Below are positions 9,558-19,335 of a stretch of 64,000 nucleotides of DNA, piece after piece (the stretch's first letter is position 1; each line of letters begins with the position of its first letter). A model generated the notes under the pieces. The model saw only the letters and a list, made by a program, of their open reading frames with translations. It was not told the origin of the DNA and searched no databases. The position numbers and the translations under genes are program-made. Origin of the DNA: Oscillospiraceae bacterium (GTDB lineage: Bacteria > Bacillota > Clostridia > Oscillospirales > Acutalibacteraceae); NCBI GenBank assembly GCA_015066405.1, contig SVOM01000006.1, forward strand, positions 2,319-66,318, read 5' to 3'.

Positions 9558-10428
9558 CAAGCCAAAAGATATAACATCCTTTGGCGTTGTTGCAAAAATT
9601 AAGTGGTTATTACACGAAAAAAGAGTAGGACACACCGGTACGCTTGACCCAATGGCAACCGGTGTTTTGCCCGTTTTTGTGGGTAGAGCCACCGCGCTTT
9701 CCTCATTTTTGCTCGATGCCGACAAGGTGTATACAGCCACCTTCCGCTTTGGCGTTACAACCGATACTGCCGATATTACGGGCAAGATTTTAACCGAAAA
9801 TGAGGTAAAGATAACGGCCGATGATATTTTATCGGCATTTGAGGAATTTACGGGCGAAATAAAACAGGTGCCGCCAATGTTTTCGGCAATAAAGAAAAAC
9901 GGCGTGCCGCTTTATAAATTAGCGCGTGAGGGTAAAACGGTTGATGTGCCGGAGCGTGCCGTAACCATTAATTATATAAAACCCGTGAATGAGTTTGAAA
10001 ATAACGAAATCACAGTTAGGGTTTCCTGCTCAAAGGGTACATATATACGCTCCCTTTGTCGAGATATCGGCGAATATCTTGGCTGTGGTGCTACTTTGTC
10101 GGAGCTTCGTCGTGATGAAACATCGGGCTTTGGGTTAGAAAATTGCGTTAATTTGGATGATTTAACCCCCGATAATATAAGGGACTTTTTAACCGATGAA
10201 GAGCGAGCCGTGAGTTATTTAAGGGAGATTAGTATAAGCGAAAAGCAGGCCGTTCGTTTTTCTAACGGCGGTCAGCTAAGCTTTGAGAGATTGAGCTACT
10301 CCTTCAATACCCAGGGCGAGCTTTTAAGAGTGAAACATAAAAACGAACTGCTTGGTATCGGTATTGCCGATTTGGAAAACCGCCAAGTAGCAATTAAGTG
10401 CGTTTTAAGAGGTGTATCCAATGAATAA
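9526..10428 (+). CDS. truB: tRNA pseudouridine-55 synthase
   Basis: GHTGTLDPMATGVLPV motif. Confidence 0.93.
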   Translation: MNMTQGLLLINKPKDITSFGVVAKIKWLLHEKRVGHTGTLDPMATGVLPVFVGRATALSSFLLDADKVYTATFRFGVTTDTADITGKILTENEVKITADDILSAFEEFTGEIKQVPPMFSAIKKNGVPLYKLAREGKTVDVPERAVTINYIKPVNEFENNEITVRVSCSKGTYIRSLCRDIGEYLGCGATLSELRRDETSGFGLENCVNLDDLTPDNIRDFLTDEERAVSYLREISISEKQAVRFSNGGQLSFERLSYSFNTQGELLRVKHKNELLGIGIADLENRQVAIKCVLRGVSNE

Positions 10429-11263
10429 GACTGCAATTGCGCTCGGCACATTTGATGGGGTCCATACCGGCCACCGCGCCGTAATTGAAGCTGCTGTAAA
10501 CAGCGGCTTTAAGCCCATTGCAGTGGCATTCAAATTTCCGCCAAAAACCTATTTTGATGATACTATGGGTTGCATCAGCACCTTCGCCGATAAGGACAAG
10601 GCGTTGCGCTCTTTAGGGCTTTATGAAATTCATTATCTCGATTTTCCTGCCGTTCGCGATATGTCGGCAAATGAATTTTTACAACACTTAAAAGAAAAAT
10701 ACAACTGCGCATTTTTAAGCTGCGGTTTTAACTATCGCTTCGGCAAAAACGGTGCGGGAGATATAAAACTCTTGCGTGAGTTTTGCGAGCGAAACGACAT
10801 CATTTTAAAGGTTTTAGAGCCTATTGTTATTGATGATATTACGGTGTCCTCAACCTATATAAGAGAGCTGTTGTCAAGCGGTCAAATACCGCTTGCAAAT
10901 AAACTGTTGAAGATGCCTTTCGGGTTTTCCGCCGCAGTAATACATGGCGATGCCAGAGGCCGAACAATTGGTTTTCCAACCGCTAATCAAATATACCCCA
11001 AAGAACTTGTTGATATAATGCATGGCGTTTATAAATCAATAATTACGGTAAACGGGAAAACCTATAACGGCATTACAAATATAGGCAACCGCCCGACCTA
11101 TGAAACAAAAACAGTGGGCGCAGAAACATACATTTTAGATTTTTATGATGATATTTACGGCACTGTGGCTGACATTCGCATTACCGAGTTTATTCGCCCC
11201 GAGAGGAAGTTTGGCTCGGAGGAAGAACTAAAAAATGCCATCAAAAACGATTTAAGTAAATAA
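10412..11263 (+). CDS. ribF: bifunctional riboflavin kinase / FAD synthetase
   Basis: GTFDGVHTGH, and GFPTAN in the C-terminal kinase part. Confidence 0.9.
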   Translation: MYPMNKTAIALGTFDGVHTGHRAVIEAAVNSGFKPIAVAFKFPPKTYFDDTMGCISTFADKDKALRSLGLYEIHYLDFPAVRDMSANEFLQHLKEKYNCAFLSCGFNYRFGKNGAGDIKLLREFCERNDIILKVLEPIVIDDITVSSTYIRELLSSGQIPLANKLLKMPFGFSAAVIHGDARGRTIGFPTANQIYPKELVDIMHGVYKSIITVNGKTYNGITNIGNRPTYETKTVGAETYILDFYDDIYGTVADIRITEFIRPERKFGSEEELKNAIKNDLSK

Positions 11264-11299
11264 GAGACACCTTTTTATAAAAAGGTGTCTCTTATTTTT
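11264..11299 (+). terminator. intrinsic terminator after ribF
   Basis: AGAGACACCTTTTT pairs with AAAAAGGTGTCTCT, followed by a T-run. Confidence 0.8.
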
Positions 11300-11327
11300 G
11301 TTATGCCCCTAAACGAAACGAGGGCGG

Positions 11328-12029
11328 CTAGTTGAGTTTAAGTGTCTTAATTGGGTCGGCGGACTTGCCGTTTTTGGTAACCTCAATGTGAATATGCATA
11401 TCATCGCCACACTCACTCGGCACACCTGAAAGGGTACCGATTTTATCGCCACATTTAACGATATAATCTTCTTTAACAGCGAGCTTGTCGGCAAGACCTG
11501 TATATTTAACGATTATTCCGTTGCCGTGGTCAATTTCTATTACGCGGCCGAGCAATTCATCCTCGTAAATCTTTTCTACAACGCCATCGCCTGCGGCAAA
11601 AACATCCGCTCCTGCGGCCGCCTTTATATCGGTGCCTAAATGTATTCTCATATCAGAATAGGTGGCTGAAAATTGCAAGGCGGTGGCATCATAGCCCTTA
11701 ACTATTTCGCCATCCTTTACAGGCATTATAAAGCTTTCGGCCACGGGTCTTTTTGGGGTTGTATCGGCGGGCTCGGAATATGGCTCATCGGTAACGGGGG
11801 TGTCGGTGGGGGTATCGGGAATTTCCACAGGTGTAGACTCTACAGGTTCATTATATGATTCCGAAGGTGTGGAATATGACGGATTATCATCATTGGGGGT
11901 TATGTTGTTAAGCGAATCAAATGCCGACCATCCCGCAACGCCAACGGCTATAAGGCAAACGGCAAGAATCACATAAAACCTTTTGCCAGAGAAAAATTTT
12001 ATAAATTTATTTTCATTTTCGGTGTTCAT
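11328..12029 (-). CDS. membrane-anchored M23/LytM peptidase (possible SpoIIQ-type)
   Basis: N-terminal TM helix. HLGTDI and HIHIEV metal-binding motifs. Confidence 0.8.
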   Translation of the reverse strand: MNTENENKFIKFFSGKRFYVILAVCLIAVGVAGWSAFDSLNNITPNDDNPSYSTPSESYNEPVESTPVEIPDTPTDTPVTDEPYSEPADTTPKRPVAESFIMPVKDGEIVKGYDATALQFSATYSDMRIHLGTDIKAAAGADVFAAGDGVVEKIYEDELLGRVIEIDHGNGIIVKYTGLADKLAVKEDYIVKCGDKIGTLSGVPSECGDDMHIHIEVTKNGKSADPIKTLKLN

Positions 12030-12204
12030 ATTATTTTTCCTTTCAAAACAGTGTCAGTTATAGTATCATCCGAAAATTTTAAAATTATACTTATTTAATT
12101 AAAAAAATATTCATAATTTGGGTGTATTATAAAATTGCAAAAGGGAAGCCGCAATCCCATTTGCAACCCAAACATTTTGGGTTTCTCCTCAAAAACCCCT
12201 AAAA

Positions 12205-12238
12205 AGAAAAACGACCGTGTCCCCCACGGTCGTTTTTC
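12205..12238 (-). terminator. intrinsic terminator of the 12255..12842 gene
   Basis: ACGACCGTG pairs with CACGGTCGT, with flanking A and T runs. Confidence 0.75.
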
Positions 12239-12254
12239 TTATATAAATTAAATT

Positions 12255-12842
12255 TTATGCTGCAAATGATACGGCGTTATAATCAATGTCAGAACTGATT
12301 ATATTGTAGCCGAAGCTGGCGCTATCGTTTTTAGCGAGCTTTGTTGTGGCTGTGCCTATTACACTGTGGCTGTCGTGCGCATCAACCGATACAAGAGATA
12401 CAACTGTTAAAAAATCGCCGTTGTCGGTAACGCTCATAATCTCGTGGGTGTAGGCTGTGTAGCCGCGCGGTATTAAATAAACATAGCCCTGTTTTTTAGG
12501 CATATTAACATTTATCGTTTCATTAATTTCTATGTCGATATCATAAATATCTTTAATGTAGGCGGTAACTATATCGTTTTCGATAAAGCCCTGCTCGCTG
12601 GCATAGGAGCGCAAATTAATTGCTGCCGCGTTAACAAGTGCCTCGTTATTTGTAAAATCTTCGCCGTAGACATTGTTAAGGTTTAAAAGATTTAAAATTT
12701 TTGCCTCGGCAACCTTTTGTGCATCGGCAGGAGCCGAAACTGCAGGTGCATCAGGCAAGGTGCTTTCGGCGGGCGGCAAAATAAAGCCGTTCATACACAA
12801 ACAGCCGATTAAAAATAAGCTTAAAAGTACAAAACGTTTCAT
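12255..12842 (-). CDS. hypothetical lipoprotein
   Basis: MKRFVLLSLFLIGC lipobox, 195 aa. Confidence 0.65.
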   Translation of the reverse strand: MKRFVLLSLFLIGCLCMNGFILPPAESTLPDAPAVSAPADAQKVAEAKILNLLNLNNVYGEDFTNNEALVNAAAINLRSYASEQGFIENDIVTAYIKDIYDIDIEINETINVNMPKKQGYVYLIPRGYTAYTHEIMSVTDNGDFLTVVSLVSVDAHDSHSVIGTATTKLAKNDSASFGYNIISSDIDYNAVSFAA

Positions 12843-13046
12843 AATTCCGCCACCTTTCTTTACTCTAATATTATTATATCAATAGAATCTGAAAAAGTCT
12901 TTTCTTTTTGATTACATTTTAATATCAATTTTGTAACTATCGGTGCAACAAAATTTCAATTTTGTTACATTTTTAGTTGCGAAGCGTCATATAATAGTTA
13001 TTTGTTGATATTTAATAAAACTTTTTAAGAAAAATATAAAATTTTA

Positions 13047-13075
13047 TTGAAAAACTACAATAAGTGTGTTATAAT
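13047..13075 (+). promoter_or_regulatory. sigma-A-like promoter
   Basis: TTGAAA, 17-nt spacer, TATAAT. Confidence 0.55.
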
Positions 13076-13109
13076 TTAACAAACAATAAACTCAAAGGAG
13101 TGTATCATC

Positions 13110-15152
13110 TTGAAACGGTATTCAACTTCTCAAATCAAAAACATTGCATTGCTCGGCCACGGCGGTTCGGGTAAGACAACACTTGCCGATGCATTACTGT
13201 ATTATGGCAAAGCAACCGAGAGAATAGGTAAGACCGGCGATGGTACAACGGTTATGGACTGTGAGGCGGAAGAGAAGAAAAGGGGCTGTTCTTTGTCGGC
13301 TTCCTTCTACCCGCTTGAAATAGGCGACAAAAAAATTAATATTATCGATGCGCCCGGACTTTTTGATGCATCTGCCGGCGCTTATGAGGCACTTTATGCG
13401 GCCGATAGCGCGGTGCTTGTGTTATCGGGTAAATCGGGTTATACAGTCGGTGCACAGCAAAATTTTGAGCGTGCAAGGGAGATGGGTAAGCCCGCCGCAT
13501 TTTTCATTGGTAAGCTTGATTCAACCCACGCGCATTTTTATCGTGTAATATCAAGATTAACCGGTCTTTACGGTGCCATTATTTGCCCCGTTGTAGTTCC
13601 ATTTATTGAGCACGAAAAGGTAGTTTGCTATGTGGACTTTGTGAAGGACACAGCATATACATATAACGGCATTACCGCTACCGAATGCGCTATGCCGAGC
13701 AATGATGAAATAGAGCAAATGCGCAGCATTATGCTCGAGGCCGTTGCATCAACCGATGAAGCGCTTATGGAAAAATATTTTGAGGGCGAAACCTTCACTA
13801 CCGAAGAAAAACTTAGGGCGCTTAAAAACGGTGTAAAATCGGGCGATATATGCCCGGTATTTTGCGGCATACAGCAAACGGGCGATGCAGTGCCGCTCTT
13901 TGCCGATATAATTTATGAAATTATGCCGTCTGCCAATGAAAGTGAAATTTCGGTTATCGCGGCCGGCCAAGAGAAAAAGGTTGCACCCGATGAAAACGCG
14001 ACTGCTGCGGCAGTGGTATTTAAAACGGTTGCCGACCCGTTTGTTGGCAAGTTGTCCTTCTTTAAGGTTGTAAACGGTGTGCTTTCGGGCGATACAAAGC
14101 TTAAAAATATGCGCACGGGCGAGGAATTCCGCTTGGGCAAGGTTATGATAGCAAGAGCCGGAAAGCAAGAGGATATTGACGCTGTAAGTGCGGGCGATAT
14201 CGGCGTTGCGGCTAAAATTTCGGGCGCATCTACGGGCGATACTATTGCCGAAAAGGATGGCATTATTGTAAAGCCGCCTGTATTCCCGGCATCCGAATAT
14301 TCAATGGCTGTGTTCCCGCAAAACAAAGGCGATGAAGAAAAAATTGCAAACTCTTTGGCACGCCTTTGCGAAGAGGACCCCACTATCAGTGTTGAATATA
14401 ATAACGAGACACGCGAGCAGGTTTTATCGGGACTCGGTGAACAGCATATTGATATAATTGTTTCGAAATTAAAGCAAAAATTCGGCCTTGGTATAGTTCT
14501 TAAAAAGCCTTCCGTGGCTTATAGAGAGACCATTCGTAAATCGGTTAAGGTACAAGGCAGATACAAGAAGCAGTCGGGCGGCCACGGCCAGTTTGGCGAT
14601 GTTTGGATCGAGTTTGAGCCGACCGATAGCGAAGAGCTTGTATTCGAAGAAAAGGTATTCGGCGGCGCCGTACCCAAAAACTTCTTCCCTGCGGTTGAAA
14701 AGGGACTGAGAGATAGTGTTAAGACGGGCGTTTTAGCGGGCTACCCGATGGTAGGCATCAAAGCCACATTGGTGGATGGCTCATACCACCCTGTTGATTC
14801 ATCCGAAATGTCCTTTAAAACAGCCGCTTCACTGGCTTTCAAGGATGGCGTACCCAAAGCCTCCCCCGTATTGCTTGAGCCCATCGGCACGCTAAAGGTT
14901 ATAACCAATGATGAGTCGCTTGGAGACGTTATAGGCGAAATCAACAAACGCCGTGGTAGAGTTATCGGTATGGCACCGACAGAAAACAAAATGCAGGAAA
15001 TTGTTGCCGAAACACCTATTTCCGAAATGCATGATTTTTCAACTGCAATGCGTTCTATCACACAGGGCAGGGCTAAATTTACACTAACCTTTGAAAGATA
15101 CGAGCAGTTGCCCGAAATGTTGGCGAAAGACGTAATCGCCGCAAAAGCTTAA
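13110..15152 (+). CDS. EF-G-like translational GTPase paralogue with degenerate G-motifs
   Basis: Full five-domain EF-G-like length (680 aa), with DGSYHPVDSSEMSFK in domain IV. G1 is GHGGSGKTT, G3 is DAPGL and G4 is GKLD. TTG start with an AAAGGAG RBS. Confidence 0.85.
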   Translation: MKRYSTSQIKNIALLGHGGSGKTTLADALLYYGKATERIGKTGDGTTVMDCEAEEKKRGCSLSASFYPLEIGDKKINIIDAPGLFDASAGAYEALYAADSAVLVLSGKSGYTVGAQQNFERAREMGKPAAFFIGKLDSTHAHFYRVISRLTGLYGAIICPVVVPFIEHEKVVCYVDFVKDTAYTYNGITATECAMPSNDEIEQMRSIMLEAVASTDEALMEKYFEGETFTTEEKLRALKNGVKSGDICPVFCGIQQTGDAVPLFADIIYEIMPSANESEISVIAAGQEKKVAPDENATAAAVVFKTVADPFVGKLSFFKVVNGVLSGDTKLKNMRTGEEFRLGKVMIARAGKQEDIDAVSAGDIGVAAKISGASTGDTIAEKDGIIVKPPVFPASEYSMAVFPQNKGDEEKIANSLARLCEEDPTISVEYNNETREQVLSGLGEQHIDIIVSKLKQKFGLGIVLKKPSVAYRETIRKSVKVQGRYKKQSGGHGQFGDVWIEFEPTDSEELVFEEKVFGGAVPKNFFPAVEKGLRDSVKTGVLAGYPMVGIKATLVDGSYHPVDSSEMSFKTAASLAFKDGVPKASPVLLEPIGTLKVITNDESLGDVIGEINKRRGRVIGMAPTENKMQEIVAETPISEMHDFSTAMRSITQGRAKFTLTFERYEQLPEMLAKDVIAAKA

Positions 15153-15157
15153 ACAAA

Positions 15158-15190
15158 CAAGCCGAAGCAAACGCTTCGGCTTGATTTTAT
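15158..15190 (+). terminator. intrinsic terminator
   Basis: CAAGCCGAAGC-AAAC-GCTTCGGCTTG followed by ATTTTAT. Confidence 0.75.
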
Positions 15191-15227
15191 TTAACGGGTG
15201 TGGTAAAATACCCAGTGGTGAAAAAAT

Positions 15228-15818
15228 ATGTTTTTTAAGAAAAAGGAAAGCGACATAATCTTAGTTGCGGGGCTCGGCAACCCGGGTAACGAATATGAGA
15301 ACACGCGGCACAACATAGGTTTTGATGCCGCTGATTTGTTGCACAAAAAATTTGGTGGCACACCGTTTAAATCAAAACATAAAGCGCTTATTTCTGAATG
15401 TAAAATAGCAAATAAGCGTATATTTATAGTAAAGCCGCAAACATATATGAATCTATCGGGCACGGCAATTAGTGAAATTTGCCGCTTTTACAAAATACCG
15501 ATAGAAAATATAATTGTAATATTCGATGATATATCGTTAGATGTCGGCAAAATGAGAATACGCCGCGGCGGCTCTCACGGCGGACATAACGGTATGAAAA
15601 ACATATCGGAGCATTTGTCTACAAACGATATTATGCGTATAAAAATCGGTATCGGCAAAAAGCCGCATCCCGATTATGATTTAAAGGATTGGGTACTTGG
15701 TAAATTTAGCGCAGACGATAAGGAGAATAAGGAAATAGCTCTTCAAAAAGCGGTGGCATCGGTTGAGGAGATAATCTCGGGCAATATCGACCGCGCTATG
15801 AATAAATACAACAGCTAA
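15228..15818 (+). CDS. pth: peptidyl-tRNA hydrolase
   Basis: GLGNPGNEYENTRHNIGF. Confidence 0.93.
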   Translation: MFFKKKESDIILVAGLGNPGNEYENTRHNIGFDAADLLHKKFGGTPFKSKHKALISECKIANKRIFIVKPQTYMNLSGTAISEICRFYKIPIENIIVIFDDISLDVGKMRIRRGGSHGGHNGMKNISEHLSTNDIMRIKIGIGKKPHPDYDLKDWVLGKFSADDKENKEIALQKAVASVEEIISGNIDRAMNKYNS

Positions 15819-15827
15819 AGGCATTTT

Positions 15828-18800
15828 ATGAAATTTTTACACAAAATATTAAACACCAGTGCGCCTTACAAGGCCCTAAAAAATGATGTTAAAAACGGGT
15901 ATTTGCCCGTTGGGGCATCGGGGCTTTCGGGTATTCATAAGGCGGTGCTGGTAAGTGGTTTGGCAAATGATGTGGGGCAAAAAATCCTGCTGATAACTCG
16001 TGATGAAGCATCCGCCACCGAGCTTTCAAACGATTTATCTGCGTTAGGCGTAGCATCTGCAGTGTTCCCCGTAAAAGATTTTTGCTTTAAGGATATGCTC
16101 GGCCACTCAAATGAATATGAACAAAGAAGAATAAACACCCTGTCAAAAGTTTTTGACGGGGACTTGCGCGTGCTTGTGTGTTCCATAGAGGCGGCAGTGC
16201 AGTATACCGTACCGCCCGAGGTTTTAAAGGAAAACACCTTTGCTTTATGTGCCGGTATGCAAATAGATTTAAACGATTTAAAAACAAAGCTTCTTTTGGC
16301 GGGCTATGAAAACTGCTCTCAGGTTGAGGGTGTGGGACAATTTTCCGTACGTGGCGGTATTGTCGATATTTTCCCCGTTAGCGCCGAGGCACCCGTTAGA
16401 ATTGAATTTTGGGGCGATGAGATTGATTCTATCAGCGACTTCGATATTTCAACACAGCGCCGAACCGATATTTTAAAATCGGTAAAGATAACACAAGCGA
16501 GTGAAATTTTGTGCGATGGCGGTTTGCTTTCGGAAATTTTAAGACGCAAGCTTAATTCCGATAAAAAACTAAACGATGCCGCCCGCATTGCTTTGGAGCG
16601 AGATATAGATTTACTTTCCAACAACATAAAAATATCGCTTGACCGATATATAAGCGATATTTATAGGCCTTGCACGGTATTTGATTATATGAAAGACAGT
16701 TTGGTTGTTGTTGCCGAGAGCAGTGAGGCCGAGGAGCAGTTAAAAACCATTACTGAGCGCACCTCATTAGACTACCAGCAGCTTTTGGAAGAGGGACTTT
16801 TGTGTAGCGATGCTCGGTTTGGCTTAACCTTTACAGAGTTTATTAACAACACCGAAAAGGCAGTTTTCCTTGAAAATTTTGCAAGGGGCAACTATAACCG
16901 CCCGATAAAAGATTTGGTAAACTTTAATTATAAGCGCATTTCCAGTTGGAAGGGCGAAATGTCGGTGCTTATAGAAGATACGGCATTTATGCTCGGTCGT
17001 GGTGGCAGGTGCGCCGTGCTTGTATCGGGCGAGAAGGCCGCAACTGTGCTGTACGAGGGGCTTAAAAGCCGTGGCATAACTGCATTTCTTTCGGAAGGTA
17101 TACCCGATACGATAGAAAAGGGCATAACCGTTATAAATGCCGCATTATCGGCGGGCTTTGAAATGCCCGAGCAAAAATTTATGCTAATATCGGGCAACTA
17201 TATTCACGCCGATAAAAAGGCTATAAGGGCAAAGCCAAACGAAAATTCCTTTTCCAGTCTTGATGAGCTTAAAATAGGCGATTATGTTGTGCACGTATCC
17301 CACGGAATCGGCATTTTTGCCGGCATTAAAAAGATAACAACGGGACTGCTTACAAAAGACTATATTAAAATTAATTACGCAAAAACCGATGTACTGTATG
17401 TGCCCGTAACTCAACTTGACTTAATATCAAAATATATAGGCGCGGCCGAATCGGGTGCTGTAAAGCTTAATAAACTCGGCTCATCCGATTGGCAAAAAAC
17501 GAGGGCCCGCGTTAAACACGCCGTAAAAAATATGGCTAAAGAGCTAACGGCACTGTATGCTAAGCGTATGTCGGTAAAGGGCTATGCCTTTGCCGCCGAT
17601 ACCGAGCTTCAGCGTGAGTTTGAGGCGAGCTTCCCCTATGTCGAAACCGAGGACCAGCTGCGTTGCCTTAAAGAAATAAAATATGATATGGAGCGCGATG
17701 TCCCGATGGACCGACTGCTTTGTGGCGATGTTGGTTTTGGTAAGACCGAGGTAGCACTCAGAGCGGCGTTTAAGTGTATTAGCGAGGGCAAGCAGTGTGC
17801 GTTTTTGGTGCCAACTACAATTCTCGCATTACAGCACTATAACACTACCCGTTCGCGCTTTGGCGAGTTACCGCTAAATGTTAAAATGCTCTCACGCTTT
17901 GTAACCCCCGCTGAGCAGAAAAAAACTGTTGCCGCGCTTAAAAACGGCAAGGTTGATATGGTAATCGGCACGCATAGAATTATTTCTAAGGACATTGAAT
18001 TTAAAAATTTGGGGCTTGTAATTATTGATGAAGAACAGCGCTTTGGTGTGGCTCAAAAGGAAAAACTCAAGCAAGATTATCCCGAGGTGGATGTTTTAAC
18101 CCTTTCGGCAACACCGATACCGCGTACACTCAATATGGCGATGTCGGGTCTTCGAGATATGTCAAGCATAGAGGAAGCACCGAGCGACCGCCTGCCCATA
18201 CAGTCCTATATTCTTGAATATAACAAGGGCATAATTATTGACGCAATAAACAAGGAACTGCGCCGTTCGGGACAGGTGTATTATTTGCATAATAAGGTTG
18301 AATCTATTTATGGCTGTGCCGCAAAACTCAAAGAAAGTTTGCCGGATGCGAGAATTGAGGTAGCACACGGACAAATGAGCGAGGAGTCGCTTTCACGCGT
18401 ATGGAAGCGCCTACTTGAGCACGAAATAGATGTTTTGGTTTGTACAACCATTATCGAAACGGGTGTGGATGCGCCTAATGTCAACACCTTGATAGTTGAG
18501 GATGCCGACCGCTTTGGTTTATCACAGTTGCACCAGCTACGCGGTCGTGTTGGCCGCTCGCCTCGGCGCGCCTATGCATATTTTTGTTATAAGCCGAGTA
18601 AACAGCTGTCCGAGGTCGCCGAAAATCGCCTTGAAGCGATAAGGGAATACACGGAATTTGGTGCGGGCTTTAAAATTGCTATGCGCGACCTTGAAATACG
18701 CGGGGCGGGTAGCATACTCGGTGGTGAGCAGCACGGCAATCTCGAGGCGGTAGGATACGATATGTATATAAAACTGCTTAATGAGGCGATTAACGAAGAA

Positions 18801-19247
18801 AAGGGAATCGAAACAAAGGTAGCCGCAGAGTGTGTTGTAGACCTTAACGTTTCGGCGCATATACCCGATCGTTATATCGAGTCCCTACCTGCGCGACTTG
18901 GAATTTATAAGAGAATAGCAAAAATATCAACCGATGAAGCGCGTAGTGATGTTATAGATGAGCTGTGCGACCGATTCGGCGAGCCGCCAAAAGCAGTTTT
19001 GGGGCTTATTGATATAGCAATGCTCAGAAATAAGGCAGCGCAGCTTGGTATTTATGAGATAGCGCACTCTAAAAACGCCATAGTTTTAAAGGTTGAACAG
19101 GTAAATGCCGAGCAAATTGAAAAGGTAAATTCGGCATTTGGCAAAAGGGCTGTTTTGTCTGCCGCAGATAAGCCGTATTACACCGTTACGGCAAAGCAGG
19201 GACAAAACACAGCCGAACTTATATACGAAATTGCGGCGGCGCTTTAA
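15828..19247 (+). CDS. mfd: transcription-repair coupling factor
   Basis: 1139 aa, with GDVGFGKTEVA and DEEQRFGV helicase motifs, directly downstream of pth. Confidence 0.97.
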   Translation: MKFLHKILNTSAPYKALKNDVKNGYLPVGASGLSGIHKAVLVSGLANDVGQKILLITRDEASATELSNDLSALGVASAVFPVKDFCFKDMLGHSNEYEQRRINTLSKVFDGDLRVLVCSIEAAVQYTVPPEVLKENTFALCAGMQIDLNDLKTKLLLAGYENCSQVEGVGQFSVRGGIVDIFPVSAEAPVRIEFWGDEIDSISDFDISTQRRTDILKSVKITQASEILCDGGLLSEILRRKLNSDKKLNDAARIALERDIDLLSNNIKISLDRYISDIYRPCTVFDYMKDSLVVVAESSEAEEQLKTITERTSLDYQQLLEEGLLCSDARFGLTFTEFINNTEKAVFLENFARGNYNRPIKDLVNFNYKRISSWKGEMSVLIEDTAFMLGRGGRCAVLVSGEKAATVLYEGLKSRGITAFLSEGIPDTIEKGITVINAALSAGFEMPEQKFMLISGNYIHADKKAIRAKPNENSFSSLDELKIGDYVVHVSHGIGIFAGIKKITTGLLTKDYIKINYAKTDVLYVPVTQLDLISKYIGAAESGAVKLNKLGSSDWQKTRARVKHAVKNMAKELTALYAKRMSVKGYAFAADTELQREFEASFPYVETEDQLRCLKEIKYDMERDVPMDRLLCGDVGFGKTEVALRAAFKCISEGKQCAFLVPTTILALQHYNTTRSRFGELPLNVKMLSRFVTPAEQKKTVAALKNGKVDMVIGTHRIISKDIEFKNLGLVIIDEEQRFGVAQKEKLKQDYPEVDVLTLSATPIPRTLNMAMSGLRDMSSIEEAPSDRLPIQSYILEYNKGIIIDAINKELRRSGQVYYLHNKVESIYGCAAKLKESLPDARIEVAHGQMSEESLSRVWKRLLEHEIDVLVCTTIIETGVDAPNVNTLIVEDADRFGLSQLHQLRGRVGRSPRRAYAYFCYKPSKQLSEVAENRLEAIREYTEFGAGFKIAMRDLEIRGAGSILGGEQHGNLEAVGYDMYIKLLNEAINEEKGIETKVAAECVVDLNVSAHIPDRYIESLPARLGIYKRIAKISTDEARSDVIDELCDRFGEPPKAVLGLIDIAMLRNKAAQLGIYEIAHSKNAIVLKVEQVNAEQIEKVNSAFGKRAVLSAADKPYYTVTAKQGQNTAELIYEIAAAL

Positions 19248-19335
19248 TTTGTGTAAAAAATTTATGGACATTTTGGCTTTTCTGTTATATACTTAATTAT
19301 GTATGATTAAACCGAATATTACGGAGGATAAATTA

